Origin: an uncultured Chloroflexia bacterium
GTDB lineage: Bacteria > Chloroflexota > Limnocylindria > Limnocylindrales > CSP1-4
Assembly: GCA_963806175.1 (NCBI GenBank)
Contig: CAWDXA010000005.1
Span: forward strand, 197,080-261,079
Direction: 5' to 3'
DNA length: 64,000 nucleotides
Shown: in pieces, positions 37,706-46,765 of the stretch
Position numbering within the stretch: the stretch's first letter is position 1
How the letters are laid out: the number at the start of each line of letters is the position of its first letter
Notes under the pieces: generated by a model
Database searches by the model: none
The model's input: only the letters and a program-made list of their open reading frames with translations
Told to the model about the DNA's origin: nothing
Program-made: the position numbers and the translations under genes

Positions 37706-38806
37706 TTGACACGGAGGAGGATGGCCATGGCGCAAAGCTGGGTCCGCTCGATCGTCGGACTCGTCGCGTTCTTCCTCGTGCTCATCGTGGGGATCAGCGT
37801 GACCGGCTCGATCGACTTCACGCCCGATCCGAATACCGGGCTGATCGCGGCCGGCAACACGCTGGTCGGTGTCCTGGTGATCGCGATGCTGGTCGGCCTC
37901 GTCGTGTATGCCGCCACCGAGTACTCGCAGACGAGGCGGCTCGACTCCATCACCAGCCAGTTCGACACGCGGACGATCGTGCTCATCCCGATTGCGATCG
38001 CGATCAACATCATCCTCGGGCAGACCGTTGCCGCCGTGCTCAAGGTGCCCATCTACCTCGACTCGATCGGCACGATCCTGGTCGGGGTGCTGGCAGGCCC
38101 GATCGCCGGCGCGCTGACCGGTGCCCTCGCCAACCTCATCTGGACCTACGTGCTCCCGGCACCGTTCCATTCCGACTACGCTGCGCCGTTCTTCATCGTC
38201 GCGGTCGAGATCGGGCTGGTGGCCGGGATCTTCGGGCGGCTCGGCTTCTTCCGGAGCCGCCCGGACACGTCCGTCGGCCGCCTCGCGGTGGGCGGCGGGA
38301 TCGTTGTCGCGATCGTGGCGGTCATCGGGTACTACGGTTTCCTGCCCTTCTACAGCGGCGGTGACATCACGTTCTTCGCCCCGCAGGCGGCGGGTGCTCC
38401 CGCTCCCGACACGCTCTTCGTCATCCTCGGCTGGGTTGTCGGGTTGCTGCTGGCCGGCGCCGTCGTCGGCTTGCTCGCGCTGCTCTTCCTGCGGAGGGAT
38501 CTCGGGGCGGCCTATGTCTTCGTCGCCGGGCTCCTGTGCGGCATCTTCTCGGCGATCATCTCGGCCCCCATCTCCACCGTCTTCTTTGGCGGCGTCACCG
38601 GCTCCGGGACGGACCTGCTGGTCGCGACGTTCCAGAAGGCGGGCTCGGACCTGGGCACGGCGGTCCTGCAGCAGGGCCTGCTGTCCGACCCGATCGACAA
38701 GACCCTGACCTTCTTCGTGGTCTTCGCGATCCTCGGCGCACTGAGCCGGCGTTTCGTCGCGCGCTTCCCGCAGGGCGAGAAGGCCGTCGGGCTGACGGAG
38801 GGATAG
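37706..38806 (+). CDS. ECF-transporter S-component-like polytopic membrane protein (unusually long, 366 aa)
   Basis: Hydrophobic throughout, with S-component-like segments (...IYLDSIGTILVGVLAGPIAGALTGALANLI...). Followed by T and A components. Confidence 0.7.
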   Translation: MTRRRMAMAQSWVRSIVGLVAFFLVLIVGISVTGSIDFTPDPNTGLIAAGNTLVGVLVIAMLVGLVVYAATEYSQTRRLDSITSQFDTRTIVLIPIAIAINIILGQTVAAVLKVPIYLDSIGTILVGVLAGPIAGALTGALANLIWTYVLPAPFHSDYAAPFFIVAVEIGLVAGIFGRLGFFRSRPDTSVGRLAVGGGIVVAIVAVIGYYGFLPFYSGGDITFFAPQAAGAPAPDTLFVILGWVVGLLLAGAVVGLLALLFLRRDLGAAYVFVAGLLCGIFSAIISAPISTVFFGGVTGSGTDLLVATFQKAGSDLGTAVLQQGLLSDPIDKTLTFFVVFAILGALSRRFVARFPQGEKAVGLTEG

Positions 38807-38809
38807 CCC

Positions 38810-39649
38810 ATCGACTCCGCGACAACGGGCGGTGTTGGTCGCCTCTCGGCAGACGACGCCGCCTTCCTGGCCCGGCTGGCGCCGTCGGCGCCGAGCGCGT
38901 ATCACCGGCTGAACCCGCTGACCAAGGCCGTCGCCGCGACGGTCGAATCGCTGGGAGCGTTCGTCATCGGCGGCTACCTGGGTCCGCTGGCGATCATCGC
39001 CCTGGCGGTGCTGCCGGCTGCCGCGCTGGCCGGCGTGGCCGGACGGCTGGTCCGGATCTCACTGCTGCTGACGCTGCCGATCGCGATCTCGGTCGTGCTC
39101 GTCAGCGTCTTCACCCGGGCCGGCACGACGGTCCTGTTCACCATCGGCCCGTTCGACGCGACGGCCGAAGGGGTCGATTTTGCCGGGCAGACCCTCGTCC
39201 GGCTGTTCGCGATCTCGACCTCGATCGGGCTGTTCGGGCTGACCACCGAGCCGCGCAGCTTCGTCCTCGACCTCGAGCGGCGGCGACTGTCGCCGCGGTT
39301 CGCATTCGTCGCCCTGGCCACGCTGGAGGCGGTCCCGGCCATGGTCGAGCGGTCGAGCGTCATCGCCAGCGCGCAGCGCGCCCGCGGGCTCGACACCGAG
39401 GGCAGCATCCGGGCGCGGCTTCGCGGCATCCTGCCGCTGGTCGGCCCGGTGATCCTGTCGTCGCTGACCGAGGTCGAGGAGCGCAGCCTGGCACTCGAAG
39501 TCCGCGCGTTCGGCCGGCCCGGCCGCCGTCAGCTCCTGTGGCGGCTGCCGGACAGCGGGCGCCAGCTCCTTGCCCGTGCCCTCATGCTGGGGGCCCTGCT
39601 GGCGGCCATCGCGATGCGCCTGTCGGGCACCTTCCCGCGGCTGCCCTGA
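38810..39649 (+). CDS. ECF transporter transmembrane (T) component, EcfT/CbiQ family
   Basis: The ORF track starts it at GTG 39008. However, the conserved N-terminus (YHRLNPLTK, 38900-38926) lies upstream in the same open frame, which has no ATG/GTG/TTG. ATC 38810 sits 6 nt after GGAGGGA. The 5' end is uncertain. Confidence 0.7.
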   Translation: MDSATTGGVGRLSADDAAFLARLAPSAPSAYHRLNPLTKAVAATVESLGAFVIGGYLGPLAIIALAVLPAAALAGVAGRLVRISLLLTLPIAISVVLVSVFTRAGTTVLFTIGPFDATAEGVDFAGQTLVRLFAISTSIGLFGLTTEPRSFVLDLERRRLSPRFAFVALATLEAVPAMVERSSVIASAQRARGLDTEGSIRARLRGILPLVGPVILSSLTEVEERSLALEVRAFGRPGRRQLLWRLPDSGRQLLARALMLGALLAAIAMRLSGTFPRLP

Positions 39650-39650
39650 C

Positions 39651-40472
39651 GTGCTCCAGCTGACCGGGGCCACCTATCGCTACGCCGGCTACGCGAAGCC
39701 GGTCCTCCACGAGATCGACCTGCGTCTCGACGACGGCGAGATCGTCGGCCTGGTCGGCCCCAACGAGGCCGGCAAGTCGACGCTCTGCCTGGTCGCGTCC
39801 GGGCTCGCGCCCGCCTCCATCAGCGGCGAGCTCAAGGGCACGCTGACGCTCGACGGAACGCCGGCCGCGGGCCTCAAGACGTACGAGCTGGCCGAACGCG
39901 TCGTCGTGGGCTTCCAGAACCCGAACACGCAACGGTCCGGGATCGCGGCCACCGTGTTCGAGGAGATCGCCCTTGGCCCGATGAACCTGGGCCTCCCGGT
40001 CGACGAGACAGTCGCCCGGACGCGAGAGGCGATCGCCCGGCTCCGGCTCGAACCGCTGATCGAGCGCGACCCGCAGCGGTTGTCCGGCGGCCAGGCGCAG
40101 CTCGTCGGCATCGCCGCGCTGCTTGCCATGCGACCCCGGCACGTGATCCTCGACGAGCCGACCGCCCAGCTCGATCCGGCCGGCACACGCCTGGTCGGCG
40201 AGGCGCTGCGGGCGCTGGCCGAAGCCGGCGCGTCGCTCCTCATCGCCGAGCACAAGACCGACCTGCTCGATGAGGTCTGCAGCCGGATCATCGTCATCGA
40301 CGGCGGCCGGATCGTGATCGACGGCCCGACCGCGACGGTGTTCGACGACCCCCGTCTCCACGAGCTCGGTGTCGAGCCGCCGGCCCGGGCCCGGCTCGCC
40401 CGTGCGCTCCTCGAGCGCGGCGTCGCCCAGGCAACCGTCACCGACGTCCTGGCCCCGGGACTCGGCGCATGA
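39651..40472 (+). CDS. ECF/ABC transporter ATP-binding protein (A component)
   Basis: The real part of ORF 39570..40472, from GTG 39651 just after the T-component stop. Walker A GPNEAGKST, signature LSGGQAQ. Confidence 0.85.
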   Translation: MLQLTGATYRYAGYAKPVLHEIDLRLDDGEIVGLVGPNEAGKSTLCLVASGLAPASISGELKGTLTLDGTPAAGLKTYELAERVVVGFQNPNTQRSGIAATVFEEIALGPMNLGLPVDETVARTREAIARLRLEPLIERDPQRLSGGQAQLVGIAALLAMRPRHVILDEPTAQLDPAGTRLVGEALRALAEAGASLLIAEHKTDLLDEVCSRIIVIDGGRIVIDGPTATVFDDPRLHELGVEPPARARLARALLERGVAQATVTDVLAPGLGA

Positions 40473-41305
40473 CGGCCGACGTCATCCTCGAAACCCAGGC
40501 GCTCGTCCACGTCTACCCGGGCGGAACTCGCGCCGTCGACGGCGTCGACCTCGTCATCCGGCGAGGCGAGCGGGTCGCGATCATCGGCCAGAACGGCTCG
40601 GGCAAGACGACACTCGTCCGCCATTTCAACGGGCTGCTCCGACCGACCGAGGGCCGCGTGCTGGTCGACGGCGTGGACGCCGCGGGCAGGCGGGTGGCCG
40701 CCCTGGCCGCGTCGGTCGGGCTCGCCTTCCAGGATCCGGACCGCCAGATCTTCGCGGCTCGGGTGCGGTCCGAGGTCGCATTCGGTCCAAGGAACCTCGG
40801 TCGGGCTGGCGCCGACCTGGAGCGCGCGGTCGAGGCAGCGCTCTTGGCGACCGGGCTGGACGGCGAGGCCGGGACGAACCCGTACGACCTCGGCTACTCG
40901 CGTCGCAAGCTGCTCGCGCTGGCATCCATCCTGGCGATGGACACGCCGGTCGTCGTGCTCGACGAGCCGACGACCGGCCAGGATGCCCGTGGCGTGGCGA
41001 GGATCCAACGGGTCGTCGCCGGGCTGTCCGGGGGCGGACGCACGGTCATCGCCGTCAGCCACGACATGCGCTTCGTGGCCGAGACGTTCGAGCGCGTCGT
41101 GGTCATGGGCTCGGGTCGGATCCTCCTGGACGGCACCCCGGGAGAGGTCTTCGCCGAGGCCGCCTGGCCGACCCTGGCCTCGACCTATCTCGAGCCGCCG
41201 CTCGCCGCCCGGGTCGGGGCCCGCCTGGGTCTCGGCCCGACGCCGACGGAACGCGGCCTCGTGGAGGCCCTCACGAACCGGCCGTCGGGTATCCTGCCGA
41301 CCTGA
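40469..41305 (+). CDS. ECF/ABC transporter ATP-binding protein (A' component)
   Basis: Walker A GQNGSGKTT. ATGA overlap with the previous ATPase gene. Confidence 0.85.
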   Translation: MTADVILETQALVHVYPGGTRAVDGVDLVIRRGERVAIIGQNGSGKTTLVRHFNGLLRPTEGRVLVDGVDAAGRRVAALAASVGLAFQDPDRQIFAARVRSEVAFGPRNLGRAGADLERAVEAALLATGLDGEAGTNPYDLGYSRRKLLALASILAMDTPVVVLDEPTTGQDARGVARIQRVVAGLSGGGRTVIAVSHDMRFVAETFERVVVMGSGRILLDGTPGEVFAEAAWPTLASTYLEPPLAARVGARLGLGPTPTERGLVEALTNRPSGILPT

Positions 41306-42882
41306 TGACCCGGCCCGGTCGCATGAATCGGGGACTTGCCGCCCTGGCGCTCGCCGCGCTGACGGTCGCGATCCTGCTGGCCGCCTGCTCGCCGGCGACC
41401 CCGACGCCGTCGCCTTCCGGCCAGCCCGATGCAACGGACGTCGCCGAGACGCCGTCGGCCGGCCCCACCGACGCCACGACCCCGCCACCGCCGACGCCGG
41501 CGCCGGTCATCATCGCGCCGGCCCACTGGAGCGACTGCGGCAACGGGTTCCTGTGTGCCGAGGTTCGGGTTCCCAAGGACTACGAGACGCCGTCGAAGGG
41601 CTACGTGAACATCTCGATGGTGGACCTGCCGGCGACGGATCGGAAGTCGCGGATCGGATCGCTTGTCGTCAACCCGGGTGGCCCGGGCGCCTCAGGTGTC
41701 GAGTTCGTCCGCGAGAATCCCGGCCTCTTCTCGGCAGCGATGCGCAAGCGCTTCGACATCGTGGGCTTCGACCCCCGCGGGGTGAACTCGAGCACGGCCG
41801 TGCGTTGTATCGACAATCTCGACGAGCAGGCGAGGATCGACCCGACGCCGGACACCGCCGCGGAGCTCACGGCGCTCGTCAACTCGGCCCGCGCCTACGC
41901 CGCGGCCTGTGCCGCGCGCAACCCGGACCTGCTGCCCTACCTGGCGACGGATTCGGTGGCACGCGACCTCGATGCCATCCGGCAGGCAGTCGGCGACAAG
42001 CAGCTGACCTACCTCGGGTTCTCGTACGGAACCCTGATCGGATCGACCTACGCCGACCTCTTCCCGACGCACATCCGGGCGATGGTCCTCGATGGCGCGA
42101 TCGATCCGGCGCTCGACCTGGAGCACTTCCGTTCCGGACAGGCGAAGGCGTTCGAGCACGCCCTTGACGATTTCCTCAAGGACTGCGCGAGCCGGGCGTC
42201 GTGTGCGTTCAACGAGAACGGCCGGAGCGTGCAGGCCTTCGATTCGCTGATGGCATCGATCGACGCCAAGCCACTGCCGGCGATCCGGCTGGGGGACTCG
42301 CGCAGGGTCGGCCCGGGCATCGCCTGGTCCGCGGTGGCGGCAGCGCTCTACTCCAAGGCGTCGTGGCCGGCCCTGGCCACGACGCTCGCCGTGGCCAAGA
42401 GCGGCGATGGGTCGCTGATGCTGCTGATCGCCGACCCGTACCGTGGCCGCAATCCGAACGGCTCCTATTCGAACGTGCAGGACGCCTACACGGCCAACAC
42501 CTGCCTCGATTTCCAGGCGCCGACGGACGTCAAGGTCTACACGTCGTGGGCGACGCGGCTCGAGGCTGCGGCTCCGCATTTCGCACAGCTGCTCGCCTAC
42601 AACGATCTGGCCTGTGCGTTCTGGCCGGTTCCCGCCGAACGGACGCCGGCGGCGGCAAGCGCGAAGGGTGCACCGCCGATCGTCGTCGTCGGCTCAACCG
42701 GCGACCCGGCCACGCCGTACGCCTGGGCGGTCTCCCTCTCGAAGGAGCTCGCCTCCGGCATGCTCATCACCCGGACAGGCGAGGGCCACACCGGCTACGA
42801 CGCCAGCGCCTGCGTGAAACGCGCCGTCGATGCCTACCTGCTCGGGCTGACCGTGCCGAAGAAGAACCTCACCTGCAAGTAG
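41305..42882 (+). CDS. secreted alpha/beta hydrolase lipoprotein (tripeptidyl-aminopeptidase-like)
   Basis: The real part of ORF 40369..42882. ATG 41305 (or 41323). Signal/lipobox ...LTVAILLAAC. Nucleophile elbow GFSYGT. Confidence 0.8.
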   Translation: MTRPGRMNRGLAALALAALTVAILLAACSPATPTPSPSGQPDATDVAETPSAGPTDATTPPPPTPAPVIIAPAHWSDCGNGFLCAEVRVPKDYETPSKGYVNISMVDLPATDRKSRIGSLVVNPGGPGASGVEFVRENPGLFSAAMRKRFDIVGFDPRGVNSSTAVRCIDNLDEQARIDPTPDTAAELTALVNSARAYAAACAARNPDLLPYLATDSVARDLDAIRQAVGDKQLTYLGFSYGTLIGSTYADLFPTHIRAMVLDGAIDPALDLEHFRSGQAKAFEHALDDFLKDCASRASCAFNENGRSVQAFDSLMASIDAKPLPAIRLGDSRRVGPGIAWSAVAAALYSKASWPALATTLAVAKSGDGSLMLLIADPYRGRNPNGSYSNVQDAYTANTCLDFQAPTDVKVYTSWATRLEAAAPHFAQLLAYNDLACAFWPVPAERTPAAASAKGAPPIVVVGSTGDPATPYAWAVSLSKELASGMLITRTGEGHTGYDASACVKRAVDAYLLGLTVPKKNLTCK

Positions 42883-42894
42883 CCGACGCAGTCC

Positions 42895-43338
42895 TCACCG
42901 GCTGAGCGGAACCTCGTCGATCGCGCCGTCGACGATCCGCCAGGCGCGGATCCCCGGCTGCCCGGTGGCGGCGTCCGCATGGTCGTCGGCGAGCGAGACG
43001 AGGAGGTACAGCGAATCCGGGTAGAAGGCCAGCCCGATGTCGGTCGGCGACGGGACCGCGGCCGTATGCGTGTGCGAGTGGACGATGCCCCAGAACGCCT
43101 CGTCCGCGTCGTCGGTGGCGATCGTCAGGCGCAGCAGGTCGTCGGGATCGATCTCGTAGCGGTAGGGCGATGCCGCCTTGTTCCGCGTGGGCTCGAACCG
43201 CGTGGCTCGACCGCCCTCGCCGGCCGGCCGGTCACCGATGATCAGGCCACACATCTCGTTCGGATACTCCGCGCGTGCGTGCGCGATGACCGCCTCGCGG
43301 ATCTCGTCGGCGAGCATGACCGGCTGGCGATCGGTCAT
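42895..43338 (-). CDS. mec: JAMM/MPN+ metalloprotease (CysO-cysteine peptidase Mec-like)
   Basis: ORF track 42895..43446. ATG 43338. JAMM motif HSHTHTAAVPSPTD and an upstream E (NEMCG). Confidence 0.8.
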   Translation of the reverse strand: MTDRQPVMLADEIREAVIAHARAEYPNEMCGLIIGDRPAGEGGRATRFEPTRNKAASPYRYEIDPDDLLRLTIATDDADEAFWGIVHSHTHTAAVPSPTDIGLAFYPDSLYLLVSLADDHADAATGQPGIRAWRIVDGAIDEVPLSR

Positions 43339-43354
43339 GCGCACGCCGCGAGCG

Positions 43355-44413
43355 TTACCACCAGTTGACGCCGCCCTCGAGCGCCTCCTCCATGTCGTCG
43401 AGGCTCGTGGCGAACGTGCCGGCCGACAGGTACTTCCAGCCACCATCGGGGAGCAGCGCGACGATCGTGCCGCCCGTCATCTCGCGCGCCACGCGCGCGG
43501 CCGCGACGAGCACCGCGCCGCACGACGGCCCCGCGAAGATCCCCTCGCGAAAGACCAGGTCGCGGAGCGCGGCGATGGCGTCCCGGTTCGAGACCAGGTA
43601 CTTCGCGTCGATCAGCGACGGGTCGAGGATCTCCGGGATGAACCCCTCGTCGAGCGAGCGGAGTCCCTGGACGTGCTCGCCGGGGAGGGGCTCGGCGGCG
43701 ACGACGCGCACGCCCGGCTTGTGCTCGCGCAGGTAGCGCGACACGCCCATCAGGGTCCCGGCAGTTCCGAGGCCCGCCACGAAGACGTCGATCTCGGGAC
43801 AGTCGGCCAGGATCTCGGGCCCGGTGGTCTCATAGTGGGCCTGCGGATTGGCCGGGTTGCCGTACTGGTACGGCATCACGAACCGCTCGTCCTTGCTGAC
43901 GAGGTGCTTGGCCAGCGCGATCGCCCCGTTGCTGCCCAGTGACCCCGGGGAGTCGATCACCTCGGCCCCGAACAGCGCGGCCATCTGCCGTCGCTCGTTG
44001 GTCACGTTGTCGGGCATGACCAGCGCGACGCGATAGCCCTTGCGCCGCCCGATCATCGCCAGCGCGATGCCGGTGTTGCCCGATGTCGGCTCGAGGATGA
44101 TCGAGTCCTCGTGGAGCAGGCCGCGCACCTCGAGGTCCTCGACCAGGTACTTCGCGACCCGGTCCTTCACCGAACCCGTCGGGTTGAGCATCTCGAGCTT
44201 GGCGAAGATGCGCACGTCCGGGTTCGGCGACATCCTCGGGATCTCGACCAGCGGCGTGTAGCCGATCGCGTCGAGGATGCTCTCGAAGCGACCACCGTGG
44301 CGGGGCAGGTCGTCGTGGTCGTGGAAATGCGGGTGGTCCGCGTCGTGACCGGCCGGAGCGCCCGGCACGCCGTGGCCCCCGGGCGGGATCGCGCGCAGGG
44401 CCGGCACGGCCAT
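43355..44413 (-). CDS. cysM: PLP-dependent cysteine synthase (CysM-type) with His/Asp-rich N-terminal extension
   Basis: PLP-lysine context NPTGSVKDR, and GNTGIALA. Sits between cysO and mec. Confidence 0.85.
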   Translation of the reverse strand: MAVPALRAIPPGGHGVPGAPAGHDADHPHFHDHDDLPRHGGRFESILDAIGYTPLVEIPRMSPNPDVRIFAKLEMLNPTGSVKDRVAKYLVEDLEVRGLLHEDSIILEPTSGNTGIALAMIGRRKGYRVALVMPDNVTNERRQMAALFGAEVIDSPGSLGSNGAIALAKHLVSKDERFVMPYQYGNPANPQAHYETTGPEILADCPEIDVFVAGLGTAGTLMGVSRYLREHKPGVRVVAAEPLPGEHVQGLRSLDEGFIPEILDPSLIDAKYLVSNRDAIAALRDLVFREGIFAGPSCGAVLVAAARVAREMTGGTIVALLPDGGWKYLSAGTFATSLDDMEEALEGGVNWW

Positions 44414-44415
44414 CC

Positions 44416-44688
44416 TCAGCCTCCGGCCATCGCCGGGAGCAGCCGGACCTCGTCGGCTGGCGCCACCGGCGTGTCGAGCCCGGCCAGGTAGCGAACGTCC
44501 TGGCCGTTGACGTAGACGTTAACGAAGCGATTGAGGTCGCCGCCCTCGGTCAGCAGCTGCGATCCGAGCGATGGGTGCTGCGCGACGAGCGCCTCGACGA
44601 CGCCCCGGATGGAGGCACCGTCGAGCTCGAGCGATTTCGCGCCGCCCACGCTGGCGCGCAGCACGGCCGGGATGAACACCGTGCTCAT
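44416..44688 (-). CDS. cysO: ThiS/MoaD-family sulfur carrier protein ending in GG
   Basis: 90-aa C-terminal part of ORF 44416..45786, starting at ATG 44688 (ATGA overlap with moeZ). Ends ...LLPAMAGG. Confidence 0.8.
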   Translation of the reverse strand: MSTVFIPAVLRASVGGAKSLELDGASIRGVVEALVAQHPSLGSQLLTEGGDLNRFVNVYVNGQDVRYLAGLDTPVAPADEVRLLPAMAGG

Positions 44689-45911
44689 GCCCGGGCCTCC
44701 GGCGAGACCTTGCCTTCGAGGCCGGTCGTGGTCAGGAGGAACGGCGCATCCGCGCCGACGTTCGACACGGCAAGCGGACGACCCGACGTCCGCGCCTCGA
44801 CCGCCGCGTCGGAGCAGACCGGGCAGTTCGGGTCCCGGCGGAGCTTGAGCTCGGTGAACTCGGTCTCGAGGGCGTCGAACAGGAGCAGCCGGCCGGCCAG
44901 CGTCTGGCCGATGCCGAGGAGGACCTTGAGCGCCTCGTTGGCCTGGAGCATCCCCATGATCCCGGGAACCACGCCGAGCACGCCGGCCACCGAGCAGCCG
45001 GGCGCCAGCTCGGGCGGCGGCGGCGTCGGGTAGAGGCAGCGGTAGCACGGCCCTTCGTACGGGATGAACGTCGTCAGCTGGCCCTCGAACCGGAAGACGC
45101 TCGCGTGGATGACCGGGATGCCGGCCGCCACTGCCGCGTCGTTGAGGATGTAGCGCGTCTCGAACGTGTCGGTCCCGTCGAGGATCACGTCGTAGCCGGC
45201 GATGATCCGCTCGACGTTCTCGGCGACCAGCATCTCCTCGTGGGCGACCACCTTGACGTCCGGGTTCAGCGCGTTGATCGAGATGCGTGCCGATTCGACC
45301 TTGCGATCCCCGATCCGATCGGTCGTATGGAGGATCTGGCGTTGCAGGTTGGACAGGTCGACCACGTCGAAGTCGACAATCCCGATCGTGCCGACGCCGG
45401 CGGCGGCGAGGTAGAGCGCCGCAGGCGAACCGAGCCCGCCGGCGCCGATCAGCAGCGCCTTCGAACCGAGCAGCTTCGCCTGGCCCTCCGCGCCGACCTC
45501 GGGGATCAGCAGGTGGCGGCTGTAGCGCTGCTTCTGTTCGGCGCTCAGGGCCATCGGCGTCTCGAAGTCGAGGCCGGCACCCTTCCACGCCTGGAACCCG
45601 CCCGACATGGAGGCGACGTCCGTGTAGCCCATGTCGGCCAGCGTCTGGCCCGCGAACAGCGACCGGATGCCGCCGGCGCAGTACAGGATCACCGGCGCGT
45701 CGCGGTCGGGTGCGGCGCCCTCGATCTCCTGCTCGATGTAGCTCTTGGAGACGTGGTGCGCACCCGGCAGGTGGCCCTGCTCCCATTCGGACGCCTCACG
45801 GACGTCGACGATGGTGGCGGCACCGGCCGGGAGGGCATCGACCTCCTGGGGGGTGATTTCCCTGATCTGGGCGCGGGCCTCGCGAAGGAGGTCCGCGTAG
45901 GACTTCGGCAT
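44685..45911 (-). CDS. moeZ: E1-like adenylyltransferase/sulfurtransferase (MoeZ/MoeB-ThiF) with N-terminal rhodanese domain
   Basis: Rhodanese loop LYCAGGIRS at the N-terminus. ThiF Rossmann motif LIGAGGLGS. CxxC pairs (CYRC, CPVC). Confidence 0.85.
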   Translation of the reverse strand: MPKSYADLLREARAQIREITPQEVDALPAGAATIVDVREASEWEQGHLPGAHHVSKSYIEQEIEGAAPDRDAPVILYCAGGIRSLFAGQTLADMGYTDVASMSGGFQAWKGAGLDFETPMALSAEQKQRYSRHLLIPEVGAEGQAKLLGSKALLIGAGGLGSPAALYLAAAGVGTIGIVDFDVVDLSNLQRQILHTTDRIGDRKVESARISINALNPDVKVVAHEEMLVAENVERIIAGYDVILDGTDTFETRYILNDAAVAAGIPVIHASVFRFEGQLTTFIPYEGPCYRCLYPTPPPPELAPGCSVAGVLGVVPGIMGMLQANEALKVLLGIGQTLAGRLLLFDALETEFTELKLRRDPNCPVCSDAAVEARTSGRPLAVSNVGADAPFLLTTTGLEGKVSPEARA

Positions 45912-46081
45912 GGGGTGAGGGGACTCCGGTGATCGACAGGCTGGCCGCCGGTACGGCGCCAGGGCGGTTGGAAGGTGGACGCGGAACCCGATGGTGCCGC
46001 GGGACGACGAGCCGGCTCAGGCCGGCCGACGACACCTGCAGCGGCGCTCGATCCGCGTTGGGTCGAGGCGCGTTGGCCAGG

Positions 46082-46498
46082 TCATGCGCCCGCTTCCGCC
46101 GGGCTCGGCGTGGTGTTCGTGGGGTCGGCAGCACCCAGGTCCGTCAGGACGTGCTGGAGGCTGTCGTGGCTGAGCATGGCGCACTTGAGGCGCGCCGGGC
46201 TGATCTCGATCCCGAGCAGGTCGAGGAGGTCGTCGGCGCGGAAGCCTGCGACCTCGGCCAGCGGCTTGCCCTTGATCTCGTCGGTCAGGAGCGAGGCGCT
46301 GGCCTGGCTGATCGCGCAACCGCGACCGGTGAAGCCGACCCGATCCACGATGCCGTCCTTGACGCCGAGCATCAGGGTGATCCGGTCGCCGCACAGCGGA
46401 TTGGCGCCCTCGTACGACGCGTCGGCGTCGTCCACGACCCCGAAGTTGTGAGGTCGCCGGTAGTGCTCGAGGATGTAGTCGCGGTAGAGGTCGTCCAT
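46082..46498 (-). CDS. sufU: SufU/IscU-type Fe-S scaffold or sulfur acceptor
   Basis: ORF track 46082..46561. ATG 46498. Conserved NPLCGD...GCAIS...C.MLS pattern. Confidence 0.85.
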   Translation of the reverse strand: MDDLYRDYILEHYRRPHNFGVVDDADASYEGANPLCGDRITLMLGVKDGIVDRVGFTGRGCAISQASASLLTDEIKGKPLAEVAGFRADDLLDLLGIEISPARLKCAMLSHDSLQHVLTDLGAADPTNTTPSPAEAGA

Positions 46499-46765
46499 GC
46501 TCGCCTGAGTGTAGCGCGAGATGCCAATCCCGACCAGCAAGGTCGGATATGGAAGGCGCACCGGCCGAATAGGTATATCTCCCAGTTCCCACGGCGCCGG
46601 GCTGTCTCTACATTCCGCAGACCCCGGCGCCGCGGCCCGACAGCGACCCGCCCCGACCCCCTGGGCGGCAAGCTCAACGGCGCCGCCGGGGCAACTGCCA
46701 GGCAGACCCGATCGGTCGCGCCACGCGCGCCACGCGGGATGCTCGGCGGGGTCGCGCCGAAATGC

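Noticed and set aside
38804-38806. TAG between the ECF S-like and T genes as programmed readthrough or Pyl-type recoding.
   Set aside because: I cannot exclude it. However, a GGAGGGA box 6 nt before the next in-frame ATC gives a simpler initiation explanation. There is no pyl gene or other recoding evidence in the window. I kept it only as an alternative under the ATC finding.
45912-46081. Third copy of the mosaic element (TTGGAA...GGAACCCGATGGTGCC) between sufU and moeZ.
   Set aside because: It shares only short fragments (TTGGAA, GGAACCCG). There is no CCAATCGACG copy and no tandem array, so the similarity is not convincing.
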